Assembly (NCBI GenBank): GCA_951406725.2
Contig: OX597825.1
Coordinates: 79,174,001 to 79,238,000 of the forward strand
DNA: 64,000 bases
Source: Octopus vulgaris
Taxonomy: Eukaryota
Direction of reading: 5' to 3'
In this document: piece after piece, positions 51,256 to 64,000 of the stretch
How the letters are laid out: the number at the start of each line of letters is the position of its first letter
How positions within the stretch are numbered: position 1 is the first letter of the stretch
Translations under genes and position numbers: made by a program
The notes under the pieces: model-generated
Database searches by the model: none
What the model was told of the DNA's origin: nothing
What the model saw: the letters and a program-made list of their open reading frames with translations, nothing else

Positions 51256-53029
51256 TGTGTGTATGCATGGTCCACATACACGTACGCATGCATGTGAGAG
51301 TGTCAGCTCCTGTTACAGTTACCAATGATAAAACATTATCTAATGTTTCCAGGAGACAGTATTTTCTCCCTTTGTTGTCTATTGACAGACTGTGGCCAGT
51401 CAAACAACTCTGTTTACAAGACATCTCCAAATTCTGCTTTTAACTCCCCACTCCAGCACACACACCCTCTCTCTGTTTGCCTCCCCCTCTCTCTCTCTTT
51501 CATTCTTTCACTTTCTCAATCTATCTTTTATCAAACTCTCTTCTTTTCTGTGTCTTTTTTTTTCTTATTTGTTATCTTTTGTCAAACACTTCATTAAACA
51601 GAAAGAAATATATAAAAATTATAAAGATATCAGAAAAGGAAAACATTCTTCTTCTTTTTCTTCTTTCTTTCCTCCCCTCCGCCCCTCCTTGCTTTCCTCT
51701 TTTGTCCCCTCCCATACCATTTCCTTATTCTTCTTCTTCTTGTTGCTATAATTATTATTATCATTATTGCTATAATTATAATTGATAATATTGATAATAT
51801 TTATTGTTATTTTTATAAATTATTCTTGTTCTTCTTGTTATGGTCATTTTATGAACCTCGTTTCATTGTTTCATTCACATTAGTGTTATCATAATGAGAA
51901 CCATGCCTGCAACCACCAATACAACCACCACCACCACCACCACCACTACCACAACCATTGCCATCACTACCTCCACCACCACTACCACCATTGCTGCTGC
52001 CACAATCCCCACCACCACAATGATCACCACTCATAACATCCACCACTATCACAACCATTGCCATCGCCGCCACTACAACCACAAACACCACCACCACCAC
52101 CACCACCACCATTACCATTACTAGTCAGCATCATTATAATTCAGCTCTTTATCTTCCTCCCCCACCCCTCAACTCCTTGCATTTATGCATGCATATTGAT
52201 GCATGTGTATTGATCTGTGTTGCATAATTATCTGCCTACCTACCTACCTATCTGTCCGTGTGTCCGTCCGTCCATCCATCCACCCACCCACCCATCCATC
52301 CATCCACCCACCCACCCATCCATCCATCCATTCATTCATGTAGCCGTGTGTGTGTGTGTGTATCAAGCAATGTGAAATCGGAGTTGTCGTAGATACTGGT
52401 GCCACACAACTGGCACCTGTGCTGGTGGCATGTAAGAACACTCATTACATTCTCGGAGTGGTTGGCGTTAGGAGGGGCATCCAGCCATAGAAAACTATGT
52501 CAAATCGGACTGGAGTTTGATGCAGCCCATCAGCTTACCAGCGCTAGTCAAACCATCCAACCCATGCCAGCATGGACAACAGACGTTAAATGACGATGAT
52601 GATGATATACTTACAAACAGATCAGAGATAGAAAATAGGATTCACAAGATTCTTTATTCAAATCCACTACATTTGTTTCGACTCATCCTGTATCTGTACT
52701 TCAAAGGTAAGATGCTGTACAATTGTGTTGCACCTCAGATGCAAATTATGTCTTGTTGGGTGACTTTTTAAACTAGTACTTTGCTCATTCTTCTCTCTAT
52801 TTCACCCACCTCCATGAAGATAGACATGAGTACACACACACAAAATGGTAATACAAATATCAAACATTATATCGGAGTTGTGGAAGGAAAATTGTAATTT
52901 AAATATAACAACCATCTTTTGAATTTTAAGTATAGTGATGAGGCATTCAACATTAATTATCACAATCATTATTTTAACTAGTATAATTACTATAGATGTG
53001 AAGTTATGTTTCTTTAAATCATTTAGACG

Positions 53030-53900
53030 TACATTTTATCCAGTGTGAACATTTCATAGCTGTTCCAGTCTAGTGTTTATAAGAGTAAACTTAGACATGA
53101 AAATTTGGTACATTTCTTCCACACAAGGGTCACAATTATTATCGCCTATTCTATAAGATTTTGCTTTACCAATTATTTCCCAAGCAATAAAAAAATTCTT
53201 CATTACTAGCTTTTAGTGTCCAAATTAACTTACTAAGACTTGTATTTACTTTGTCTCTATTTCTAAACAAACTTAAACGATTGGCAAGTATCTGCTTAAT
53301 ATAACATGAGCTAGCTCCTATATAGAAATACTCTCTATTCTCTGTGGTAATCTTACATCTGTATACGACATTTTTATGCCTACATTTAGAGTTAAGCGAA
53401 CAAACCCTGTTCCTTGCACAATCGCATTTAATAGTTCTACTACTTCTATCACTAGTATCTATGTCACCTACTCTAGATGTGATTTCTATATTCTCCTGTC
53501 TATCTTCTAAGTTATTAGTCCTTTCCACAGACAACATTCTGAGTACTTTGCTTTTTAGGATTCACATCTTCTACTTCCAGGTTGTGGAGTTCCCTTGGGT
53601 CTCTTCAATTTCATTGGTTGATACCTAGATGTGTTACTTACAGCTTGTCCTCTCATATTGACATTGTTGTTATTTATTGATCTATAATTATAATTCTGGT
53701 TAATATTGCTATTGTTCATTTGAAAATTACGAGCGTTGTGTGCTGCTATAATTTGTGCTAGATTTTTGTTATTACACAAAGCTAATCTAATCCTGTGTCT
53801 ATTAAAAATTCTATAGTATTTACTGTCTTTGGAAAATGTTTAGTCAATACTAAATATAACAATTTTGGTCAATTAGAAATTATTTGTTTTCCGAAGGGAA
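53030..53900 (-). mobile_element. Penelope-like element, linker and GIY-YIG endonuclease region (decayed)
   Basis: YYRIFNRHRIRLALCNNKNLAQIIAAHN…CDCARNRVCSLNSKCRHKNVVY…YIGASS…TSLSKLIWTLK. Confidence 0.85.
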
Positions 53901-53929
53901 TTATATAGCTAGAGGTATCCATGTTACTG

Positions 53930-54290
53930 AGGTATATGTCGTTAATGGAAAGAATATTTGAACAAATTAAGGGTATTCCGATGGGTGCTAATTGCAACCG
54001 TTTTTAGCTGATGTACTTTTGTCTTCATTTACATTTATCTTGATGATTTTAGCTTAATCATTTAGCTAATGAAATGGTGGCATGTTAGATGAAGCATTTT
54101 GCTGTCAAGGTGGTTTGTGAGGATAAAAAAGTTGACTAGTATTTATGATAAAACTGATGGCTTTCATTTTCATACCGCATCCTTACCCTGGACACTAAAT
54201 AGAATTCCTGTAAGGGTAGGGTGTAAGATGTTTTCTAGTCAAGTTATTAGACACAGAAAGATTATCAATGAAGTTGGTGGGTTTTGAGAA
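53930..54290 (+). mobile_element. Penelope-like RT/thumb fragment
   Basis: FEQIKGIPMGANC…LAD and IYDKTDGFHF…FSSQVIRH. Confidence 0.75.
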
Positions 54291-55749
54291 AGAATTAAAA
54301 GGTTAATGATACATATAGATAAACAATGACTGGCCCCGTGCCAGTGGCAAGTAAAAAGCACCCACTACATTCTTGGAGTGGTTGACGTTAGGAAGGGCAT
54401 CCAGCTGTAGAAACTCTGCCAGATCAAGATTGGAGCCTGGTTCGACAGACCTCAGTCAAAATCGTCCAACCCATGCTAGCATGGAAAGTGGACGTTAAAC
54501 GATGATGATGATGAAACAATGTTACACTAAAGAAAATGCTAGTTAAATGTTTTAACTGTTGCTTGGGGAGACATTGTGAAAATTGGAGAAAATGCAGAAT
54601 AATTTCTAGTTTACTACTGAGCAAAGAACTATAGAATAAATAGCTTTGATTTCAAGGCGATGTTGTTGATTGACAGTTTGTGATATATTATGTATTATTG
54701 TGTACATTACTTCTGTTAGGAAATAATTATGAACTTCTGTTCATAGATTAATGATGATCTTTTGGCTGTAAGCACGATTAAGCAGAATTAAGTCTGTGCT
54801 TTTGTTAATTTCTTTGCAGCACGTTGTGTTGCGTTATTTTATGTAATGAATATTACGATATATTTGTTTCAATCAACTATAGATTACATGTTTTTAGATG
54901 AAAATATTGGTTTAAATCTATTCTTCATTAAAGCTTATCTAACAATTATAGGTCCACACTGGTTTATTCTCACATTGAAGGTAATTAACACCTGACAGTT
55001 AAATGCTGTTATTTCTTTGGTTTGTATTTAGATCATATTAATTACATTTTCAAATTTCAAGTATGTTAGGGTGTATTTTCGTTACGATTTGGGTATTTTA
55101 GTAAATTATATATTATTCATGTTTTAACTTAAAATATTTTTTCTATTGAGGTGAAATCTATTTCCTGTATCCAATAAATATTGATCTTTACTGGTTTATA
55201 CCCATTTTGCATCGTTTTACGATGATTGAAGCTTTATACTTGGTTTGTTTTAATTATGCTTTTGAGTTTGTAACTTATATAAATTGTAAGAATAGTAATG
55301 TCTATTGATCTATATTTGAAGTTTTTGGTTAGTCATTCCTTATGTTATGATTAGTTTTACATATTATTGACGAGTTTCCGACAAAGTTCAATATGTTTAA
55401 TTCGTTAGTGTGTATAAAGTTCAGTAATTCTTCAAATGTGCGCTTATACTTTTAACAGTTGGCTCCACCGGATCGAATAATACTGTCCAAGTGTTGCAAC
55501 TAATATCCATTATGGAGCTGATGATGGCGGTATATGTTTGATAATCTTGTGAAACATTTTGTTTTCTATTTGCGTTCTTTGAAGTTGTCCTTCATTCTTG
55601 AAGGGTTGTTCTTTGTTTTTTTATATTATATCATACATTATATTAACCTCGTGATTGTCCTTCATAGGGATTCCAATTTTCATGAGGGTGATACTTATTT
55701 AATTATATAAACACTCAAAAGGTCTTCTGTTAGCAATGGCAATGTAACT

Positions 55750-56760
55750 ATCAAGGTAAGTAAAAAGTAAACGTTTTGAACCATGAAAAATTTGCACCGA
55801 TTTTTGCAAAGTTTAAAATTTTTTTGCAATCTTCTGATGCCCAAATGCATCATAAATTAGCATTGATATTTTTTTCGTCGTGGTTACAATCATCTGAAAT
55901 GGAACTGTCAAGTGTGATATTTGAGCAATTTTGCTATTCAACTTCAAAAAGGACGTAAAGCAGCTGAAACTGCTCCCGATATCAATGAAACGTTTGGTGG
56001 GGAAATGACCAGTGAGTGGTCAGCTCAAAATTGGTTTAAATGATTTCGCAGTGGAGACCTGAGCCTTGAAGATCGTGAACGTAGTGGATGCCCATCTGTC
56101 ATTGATGATAGTCAATTAAAGACTGTCACTGAGAAAGATCCACATAAAACCACTTGACAACTGGCAAAAGAACTTCAGGTTAGCCAGAAAACTGCCTGCA
56201 ACCATTTGCATTTGATTGGAAAATCAAAAAAGCTTGACAAACGGGTAACGCACAATTTGAATGAAAATCAGAAAATACAGATATGAAATTTGCTTGTCCC
56301 TTCTCCGTAACCAGACTGAGCCATTTCTCAACCGTATTGTAACTTGCGATGAAAAGTGGATTCTGTACAATAATAAAGAAACGTTCTTCGCAGTGGTTGG
56401 ACCAAAACGAAGCACTGAAAACCTTCCCAAACGTTATGGTGACTGTTTGCTGTTTTACTGCTGGACTCCTCCACTATAACTTCTTAAAACCCGGAAAAGC
56501 CATTATTGTAGAAACATATTGCCGCAATGAATGAAAAACTGCTACTCCTTCGTCCCAGACTGGTCAACAGAAGAGGACCATTCATTCTTCATGACAACGC
56601 CCAACCACACGTTTCACTACTGACGATCCAGAAGTTGAGGGAACTTGGCTACAAAGTTCTTCCCCAGACCTTTCTCCTACCGACTACCACTTTTTCAAGC
56701 GCTTTGATGGTTTCCTGTGAGAGAAAGAGTTCAAAAAGCAAACTGATGCTGAAAGTTTCC
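55750..56760 (+). mobile_element. Decayed mariner (DD34D-type) transposon, near full-length transposase pseudogene
   Basis: KAAETA…WFK*FRSGDLSLEDRERSG (HTH), FLNRIVTCDEKWILYNN, ILHDNAQPH and DLSPTDYHFF; multiple stops and frameshifts; TIR-like TATCAAGGTAAGTAAAAAGTAA at ~55750. Confidence 0.9.
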
Positions 56761-58539
56761 ACCTACCAAATTCACTCACGAAGCATTGGTTAGTTCCAGG
56801 GTTACAGTAAAAGACATTTCTCCGAGGTACTGAACCCCAAACCACATGGTTGAGAAAACTGAGGAATTTTTCTCTTTTACAAATTGAATAAATGAAATAA
56901 ATAAATAAAAAGCAAAACTTTTAGATTAAAAATTGATTTTTAATTGTAAGAGAAAATAGAATTGGGTATCACAGTTGTTACAGTTTTTTTTTTTCCTTAA
57001 GTATCAGTTCTGACTTGGTGTTTTTTTTTTCATTGCTGCTCAAAAAAAAAAGGGGGAGAGGAAGTAAACGGGGATGGGAAAGAGTTTCAACATTATTAGT
57101 ATTCTCAACATTATTATTATTATTATCATTATATGATGTTTTCGGTTGTTTTATAAACCATGCTGTACAAAAAAAAAAAAAAAAGATAAAAGCTTTCTTT
57201 AGGCTTTAGGAAAAGATAACAAAAGCAGATGGGAAGGAAAAAGAATGGAAGAGATGTAGATAACAACATTGAAGAGCAGAGGAGAGAGGAGGACCTTTTT
57301 TTATGTATTTACATATATGTATATGTTTCTAACATTGGCATATAAGGCCACACACATTAAAAGAAAACAAAAAGAAATTTTTTTTTAAAGCCGAGAGAAC
57401 GAAGAGGGTAGAATGGGTTGAAATCAAATAATTTGTGGTTTGTGCCACTTCTCCTCTTCCAACCATTACTTGTCCGGTGGTTTGTTTACTTCATCGACCA
57501 CTTGGCCTTCGCAAATGACGAGGATGGAGCAAAGCTGTCCGTGGCACAAATTCGAACTTGGGAGATCGCAATTACATTAGCACAAGGCATTTAAATCTGA
57601 CCGACACTTTGTTGTTTCTGCAATGCACAGCCCTTGCGTAATTATGGAGGGAGAGTGGGAGAGATAGATAGATAGCTAGAGAGAGAGGAGGAGGAGGAAA
57701 AGGGAGATGGTCTGATGCCTTGAGCAGAAATCTGAGATGAAGGGGAGGAAGAGAGCAGAGAGAGAAACTGCAGTGCAGTACAGCATATAAAGCTGTCAAC
57801 TTTACAGAATCTCTCTCCTTGAGTTAGGTGTTACAATGCAAAGGTGTTAAATATATTTAATGTGAAGGCATAACAGCTGCTGCTGTCTAATGTGCAGGTG
57901 TATACAAAGGCTATGATGTACAAGGTACGTGTATATACACACACATTTATGTATACATATGTATATGTGTATATATATACACACATGTGTATACACATAT
58001 ATATGTATATGTACATATGTATATACATAAACATATTTTGCCCATTCAGGTTTTGCATCTGTTTTTTTCCATGCTAGAAAGAGCCAGACGAAACTAGTTG
58101 AAGCAGATTTTCTATAGCTGGATGCTCTTGCTGTTGCTAACCCATATCAAGCTTTCCAAGTGAACTATCATTTTCCTCATTCCATTGGTCCTCACAAGTT
58201 GAGAGGACTTTGGCTTGTTGGGGAGAATAAACAAAGGCTGATCCTCCCCCCACCTCACTGAACATGAAAAACGAACATTTATACACATGTGGATGTGTGT
58301 ACAGACACATACAAGCAACTGCTTCACGTACGTCAACTTGCAACTGTGCATATAAATGTGTGTACACTCACTCACACATACATTACTTTCATGTGATTAT
58401 ATAAATGTATTTACACCAGACACACACCAGTTTTAGGTATGTGATATACATACATACATACATATATTGGAGTAAGCACATAAATGTGAAACAAGGTGGA
58501 AAAAAGAGTACTCAAATACCAGAGGAAGAGTAATATGCT

Positions 58540-58689
58540 TTATTTAAAAGCAGCAGAAATATAATAAAAGCTGTTACTCAGAGTTTTACGTCTGTTCGTA
58601 GGACAGTTTTGTTAACAAAACTGTCCGACGAATGGGAACGGGAAACTCTGAGTAACAGCTTTTGTTATATTTCTGCTGCTTTTAAATAA
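58540..58689. repeat. ~150-bp inverted repeat built from two opposed minimal hammerhead-ribozyme-like motifs
   Basis: Arms centred on GTTAAC (58611-16); right arm reads CTGT-CCGACGA-ATGGGAACGG-GAAA-CTCTGAG-TA-ACAG. Confidence 0.7.
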
Positions 58690-60435
58690 TATATATATAT
58701 AGATGACTTACACATTTCAATGTGCTTGTGTACATACATATACATACAATTGTTGTGCATTATATATATCTATGGATTTCTACACACGTTTATGTAGAGT
58801 TTTTGAGAGAGAGAGAGAGATAGAAATAGGAAATAATATACACATCATGGTATGTGTGTATATATATATATATACACATACATACACGCACACACACCCT
58901 GATATCCAGGATGAAGTTAGAATGCAATTGAACCAACATGTAACTGGATGCCACGTCTTAGTAGATGCTGTAAAACTGTAATAAACAAGCTTTTGAGGAT
59001 GTACAATCCTTCATGCATAATTTTAATGTTGTGTGTGTATATATGTGTATATACACATATACATACGTGCATGTATAGTGAAGGTTCTTAGTTTAATTTT
59101 AACCATCACAGCCAATCCCATGTTGGTGCATTCACTGAACTGGCTGGGGAGGTGCTGGTGATGGACAATTAACAGTTCCATACAAGGCTGACAAGACATC
59201 CAGATTTTGCTGTTCAACAGGAACTCTTACCACTTATGTTCCAGATGAACAATTCCAAGGAGGGGAAGGTGGAGGTGTCACAAAGTTAAAGACGAGAAAA
59301 AGACTTGTGTTAAGACTGAGAAGGAGAGAGAGAACAGAGTTTGAAGTGCATCGATTGAAGAAGAATTTACTTTAAAAAGGTAAAGAAAAAAAAAAAGAAT
59401 TAAGGATGGGGATATTATTAAATATGGCTTTTCTAAGTTTCTGTCAAGGCATTTATTTGTAGATAGGATAAACAAAGATGTCTGATTATATGGGGTCACA
59501 CAGCCTCACACACACACATATATATATATATATACAAGGTGAATCAGAAATAGCAAATGAAAATTGTATTACTTTCTGACTCACTCTTGTGCGAGTGTGT
59601 TTGTACAGTCACACACACACATTATATATATATATATATATATAGTGTCATCACTGATCCAAGATGGTCAGATGATATGGTCAACTGTGAACCACATCAT
59701 GCTTATCATGGATTGACCTGTTTTAACAGAGGTTGTTGGCAATCACTTGAAAATCCTGTTTGTTCTACAAAAAACACACCCTAGTGACCAACCACAACAT
59801 TTACCTACCCAGAATGCACTGACTATCACTTGTACTTACATAGTTGTACCCATCAACACAAGACAAAAAACACAAAGGTGCCTGATTCTAACAAACAAAG
59901 CAGATGAATGCATTTTTTTTATAGAAGGTAGACAGTCCAGAAAATACAATACATGGTGGTGGAAGCTTTGCTGCTCTGGGCTGTGAGTTTGGAGTCAATG
60001 AATCTACCATTATTCGTTCCATTTTCAAAGTGAATGGAGACGATTTTATTTGTTATTGTGTCTTTGTTTTACACCCTCCCCCAATGATAAACAAAGATAG
60101 ATGAACACAAAGAGGACGTATGACTACCAAAATGATGTAATTTTAGTAGAGTCAGCCTCTCGCTCGTCTGAGTTTCACCTGTAGGCACACAAGATCTTCA
60201 GGCAGGTTGTGACCATGGTATGGAGTACTCTTTCTTCAGACAGTTAATACTAAACGCATGCATATGTGTGTGTGTATATATATATAAAATATGAATTAGG
60301 GCTAAAACCACTATTATGCAACTCTAATTCATATTTTACATATTTATACTGTGAAATTTGATTTAATACTGAATTGAATTTTTCCCTGTAAGTTTGGAGT
60401 TATACTCCCTAATATTATATATATATATATATATA

Positions 60436-60466
<31 letters not shown>

Positions 60467-63317
60467 GCATGTGTGTGTATATATATATGTATGCATGTGT
60501 GTTATTTAAATAAAGTCAAGCATTGCACAGTCTTTTAGTTGTACCTGAAAATGCTGGTTAGGAAGAGAGAATGTAACATATCTAGACTAATCACTGCCTG
60601 TTCAGTGTGCAGCAGGGACTGGTCCTCTGATACAAAGAAAGGGGTACATTGGAGCCTAGCTGTTCATCCAACCCTATGTCTGCTATTAGAATACTCATTC
60701 AGAACAGACCTTACATGACAAAAGATTATTTGTTGATACAAAGACATGAGCATAACACACACAGAGGCAAGTAATGAGACATTTGTAGAGAGTAACCACT
60801 GAAATGCAAAACAGTTTTGGTACCTTGTGGAAGACAAAAAGCTAAAATTTCTTTGTTTATCTTAAAACAAACAGCAGTAGTGTATTTGGCAATGAAACAC
60901 AAAACTTTCAATCCTGATAGAAACATTAGCACAACACCTCATCCAATCTAAAGACACATACAAAGTCATTTTCCTGTGATTATGAGGGGATAAAAAAAAA
61001 AAAAAAGTATTGGTGTCTCAGAGATGATTTTTCAGTAGAACACTTCACCCATAATGTCTACTGCAAACCAGAAGTTGTTGCATGGTGCCATCAGTCCAAC
61101 TCTCACGCCTGTTCAAAATAACAAATACAGTCTTTTTTAAATAATTGGTACTTTTCTCTCCATTTTGCCATAAACCCAGCATCCACCCAAGATGTCTCTG
61201 TTGTGTGACTTCACAGATGACCGAATACTCCAATGCATTTTCCATCTACACTACACAACTAAGTAAGCTAACAACAAACTCTTTCTAAGCCTGATATTTT
61301 GGTGGAGGGCAAAGTTGATGACATTGACCCCAGTACACAACTGGTATTTGAGCTCAGAATGTAAAGAACTGCTGCTGCTGCTCAGCATTTTGTCCTTTGT
61401 ACTAATGATTCTGCCACCTTGCTGTCTCAGATAATAATACACCTTCGTACTATAGATACAAGACCTGAAATTTTGGGGGAGGGGGGCTAGTTGATTACAC
61501 ATTGACCCCAGTACACAACTGGTACTTATTTTATCAATCCTGAAAGGACGAAAGGCAAAGTTGATCCTGGCATAATTTGAACTCAGAACGTAAAGACAGA
61601 CAAAATGTTGCTAAGCACCTTGTCCAGCGTGCTAACGCTCAACCAGCTCATCACCTTAATAATAATAATAATAATGATGATTTCAAATTTTAGCTGAAGG
61701 CCAGCAATTTCCAGAGAGGAGGCAATCAATTGCTTCAACCCCAGTACACGACTGGTACTTATTTTATCAACCCTGAAAGGATGAATGGCAAAGCTGACCT
61801 TCACAGAATTTGAACTCAGAACGTAAAGACAATCAAAATACCGCCCAACATACAACAAAAAAAGCAACCAGTAAACACAACACAATAAGGGTAGGGGACC
61901 AATTTCCACTCATTTTAGGTGGCAATTTCATTTGAGTAAACCCCAGTTTTATGCTTAACCCTTTTGCTACCAACCCGTCCAAGACCACCTCTGCTTCTAT
62001 GATACAAACTTTCTATATTAACCCTTTAGCATTTCTAAAGAATAAACCATCACATTATCAAAACTTCAAAGCTGTAAGATAATGCATGACTAATTCAAAA
62101 CAATTTGAGTAAAAAAAACATTATTACAATTAACAGAATAACCTGAACCCTGGAGGATTAAGGGATCGAATTAAAAATTTCCCATGAAAATTTCATGGTA
62201 ATTTATGTCCCTATTACCAGCTTCATAATGATCAAGATATTTCAGTAAATCCTTTATCCTTCTATTCTTTTACTTGTTTGTCATTTTGATTACGGCCATG
62301 TCGGAGCACCACCTTAGAGGGTTTTTAGTTGAAGCAATTGACCTCAGGACTTATTCTTTGTAAGCTTAGTACTTATTCTTAAGTTACAGAGATGTAAATG
62401 CAGACACACCCACATAAATATATATGACAGGCTTCTTTAAGTTTCCTTCTACTAAATTCACTCACAAGGCTTTGGTCAGCCCGAGGCTAGAGTAGAAGAT
62501 ACTTGCCCAAGGTGCCAGGCAGAGGGGCTGAACCTGGAACCATGTGGTTGAGAAGCAAGCTTCTTACCACACAACCATGCCTGTGCCTTTATTATTATTA
62601 TTATTTTTTTTTTTTTTAATTAGCTGAACTAAAGAGGATGTATTTCAACAGAAATCTGGTAACAAAAGGGTTTTCGAAGCTGAAAACAACCAGGTTTCTA
62701 CAAATTAATGAACCATAAACACAAAACCATGAAGTCACCCACTTTTGTAGCTTCCAAAAACATAGTGAAATGAAATTGCACCAGCTAACATACACCTTAC
62801 ATATTCAGGGGGTTGAGCAGACCTAATTATTTACTAGACACTTTCAAAACCCCAACGAAATCCACTGTAGAGGTTTTCTGCAAGGCATTCAGAACTTGTT
62901 ACTGTTTACCTTGTCAGGTTGGATTTTTGTCAGCTTCGATACTGACCCAACCAGGTCAACAACCAAACCCACCAGTTTTATTTTGATAAGAGAGAAGCTA
63001 AGAATACCTAAGGTAGCTATGTATGTGTTTCTACACATACAAACATATAAATATATATATATACACACACTCATACATATCGGACAATGAGTGCTCAACA
63101 CTGCATTGAGGGATAAAGATTATCTGTGTATGAAGGCCACCATTTGTTTCATGTTAAGGAAATTTTCAAAAATTATTCAAACACTAATTTTTCTTATGTG
63201 ATTGGCTTGAATAATTGTTAAAAATTTCCATAACAAGAAACCAACAGCCACCTAAATACATACATATACACACACAGGTGATTGCTTAATTTCTGCCAGG
63301 TTGTCTTCTTGAAATCT

Positions 63318-63352
<35 letters not shown>

Positions 63353-64000
63353 TCTATCATCATTACCATCAGCTGTTTAATGTCTATTTTTCTATGCCAG
63401 CTCGGTCCAGATGAAATTAATCGAGGAAAAATTTCTATAGCCAAACGCCATTCCTGGTGCCAATCATCACCTGTTTCCACTGGAGATTGAAAACAATTGG
63501 CACTGCTTATATGGCAGTGGAACTCGTTTACAACCATCACATGATGTCAAAGCAGAGAGGCAGAAACACATCCACATATACATATACACATACAACAGGT
63601 TTCCTGTGAACAAACCTATACACAAGGCTTTGGGTGACCCAAGGCTTAGAAGACACTTGGTCATGGTTCCAAGCAGTGAGATTGAACCTGAAACCATGCG
63701 GTTTGAAAATAAACTTAACTACACAGCTATCTACTTATCCATCTGTCTATACATACCTACATACAATGGTACATGTAGAATGGTCCAAATGTCAGGATCC
63801 AGAAGAAATCTGTCTTATAGACCATCATCATTTAATGTCCGCTTTCCATGCTGGCATGGGTTGGACGGTTTGACAAGAACTGGCATACTGGAGTGCTTCC
63901 CCAGGCCCCAGCTGTCTGTTTTGGCATCGTTTCTATGGCTTGATGCCCTTCCTAATACTAACCACTTTGCAGAGTGTACTGGGTGCTTTTTATGTGGCAC

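Noticed and set aside
50775-52124. YI/HT-rich and poly-Thr/His ORFs
   Set aside because: Simple-sequence repeats.
55515-55560. CTGATGA…GAAAC hammerhead candidate (similar case at ~47290)
   Set aside because: Stems I-III cannot be paired convincingly.

Overview
AT-rich, microsatellite- and SINE-dense animal DNA whose repeat families look like those of octopus (coleoid cephalopod; inferred, not proven). Two spliced protein-coding genes can be assembled by hand with consistent GT-AG phases, and they are convergent. (1) A + strand GH9 endo-beta-1,4-glucanase (cellulase) has 7 internal exons from 2281 to 14682; its 5' exons lie outside the window and its last exon is uncertain (~18.0-18.3 kb). 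(2) A - strand Cys-loop/nicotinic acetylcholine receptor-like subunit has 6 exons from 38117 to 26985. It keeps the cation-channel M2 and the loop A/B/D aromatics, has lost the loop C Tyr/Cys-Cys/Tyr motif, and carries an extra Cys pair. A compact NRF1/ETS/E-box GC-rich promoter with a + strand splice donor sits ~125 bp upstream of the most 5' receptor exon found, suggesting an overlapping antisense gene. The rest is decayed mobile DNA (RTE, R4-like and Penelope-like retroelements, mariners, Merlin-like MITEs, a Helitron-like element, several SINE families), a 1.57-kb (ATT)n array, minisatellites, hairpins and several mostly degenerate minimal hammerhead-ribozyme-like motifs. Most entries in the ORF track are microsatellite or repeat artefacts. 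Repeat boundaries are approximate.
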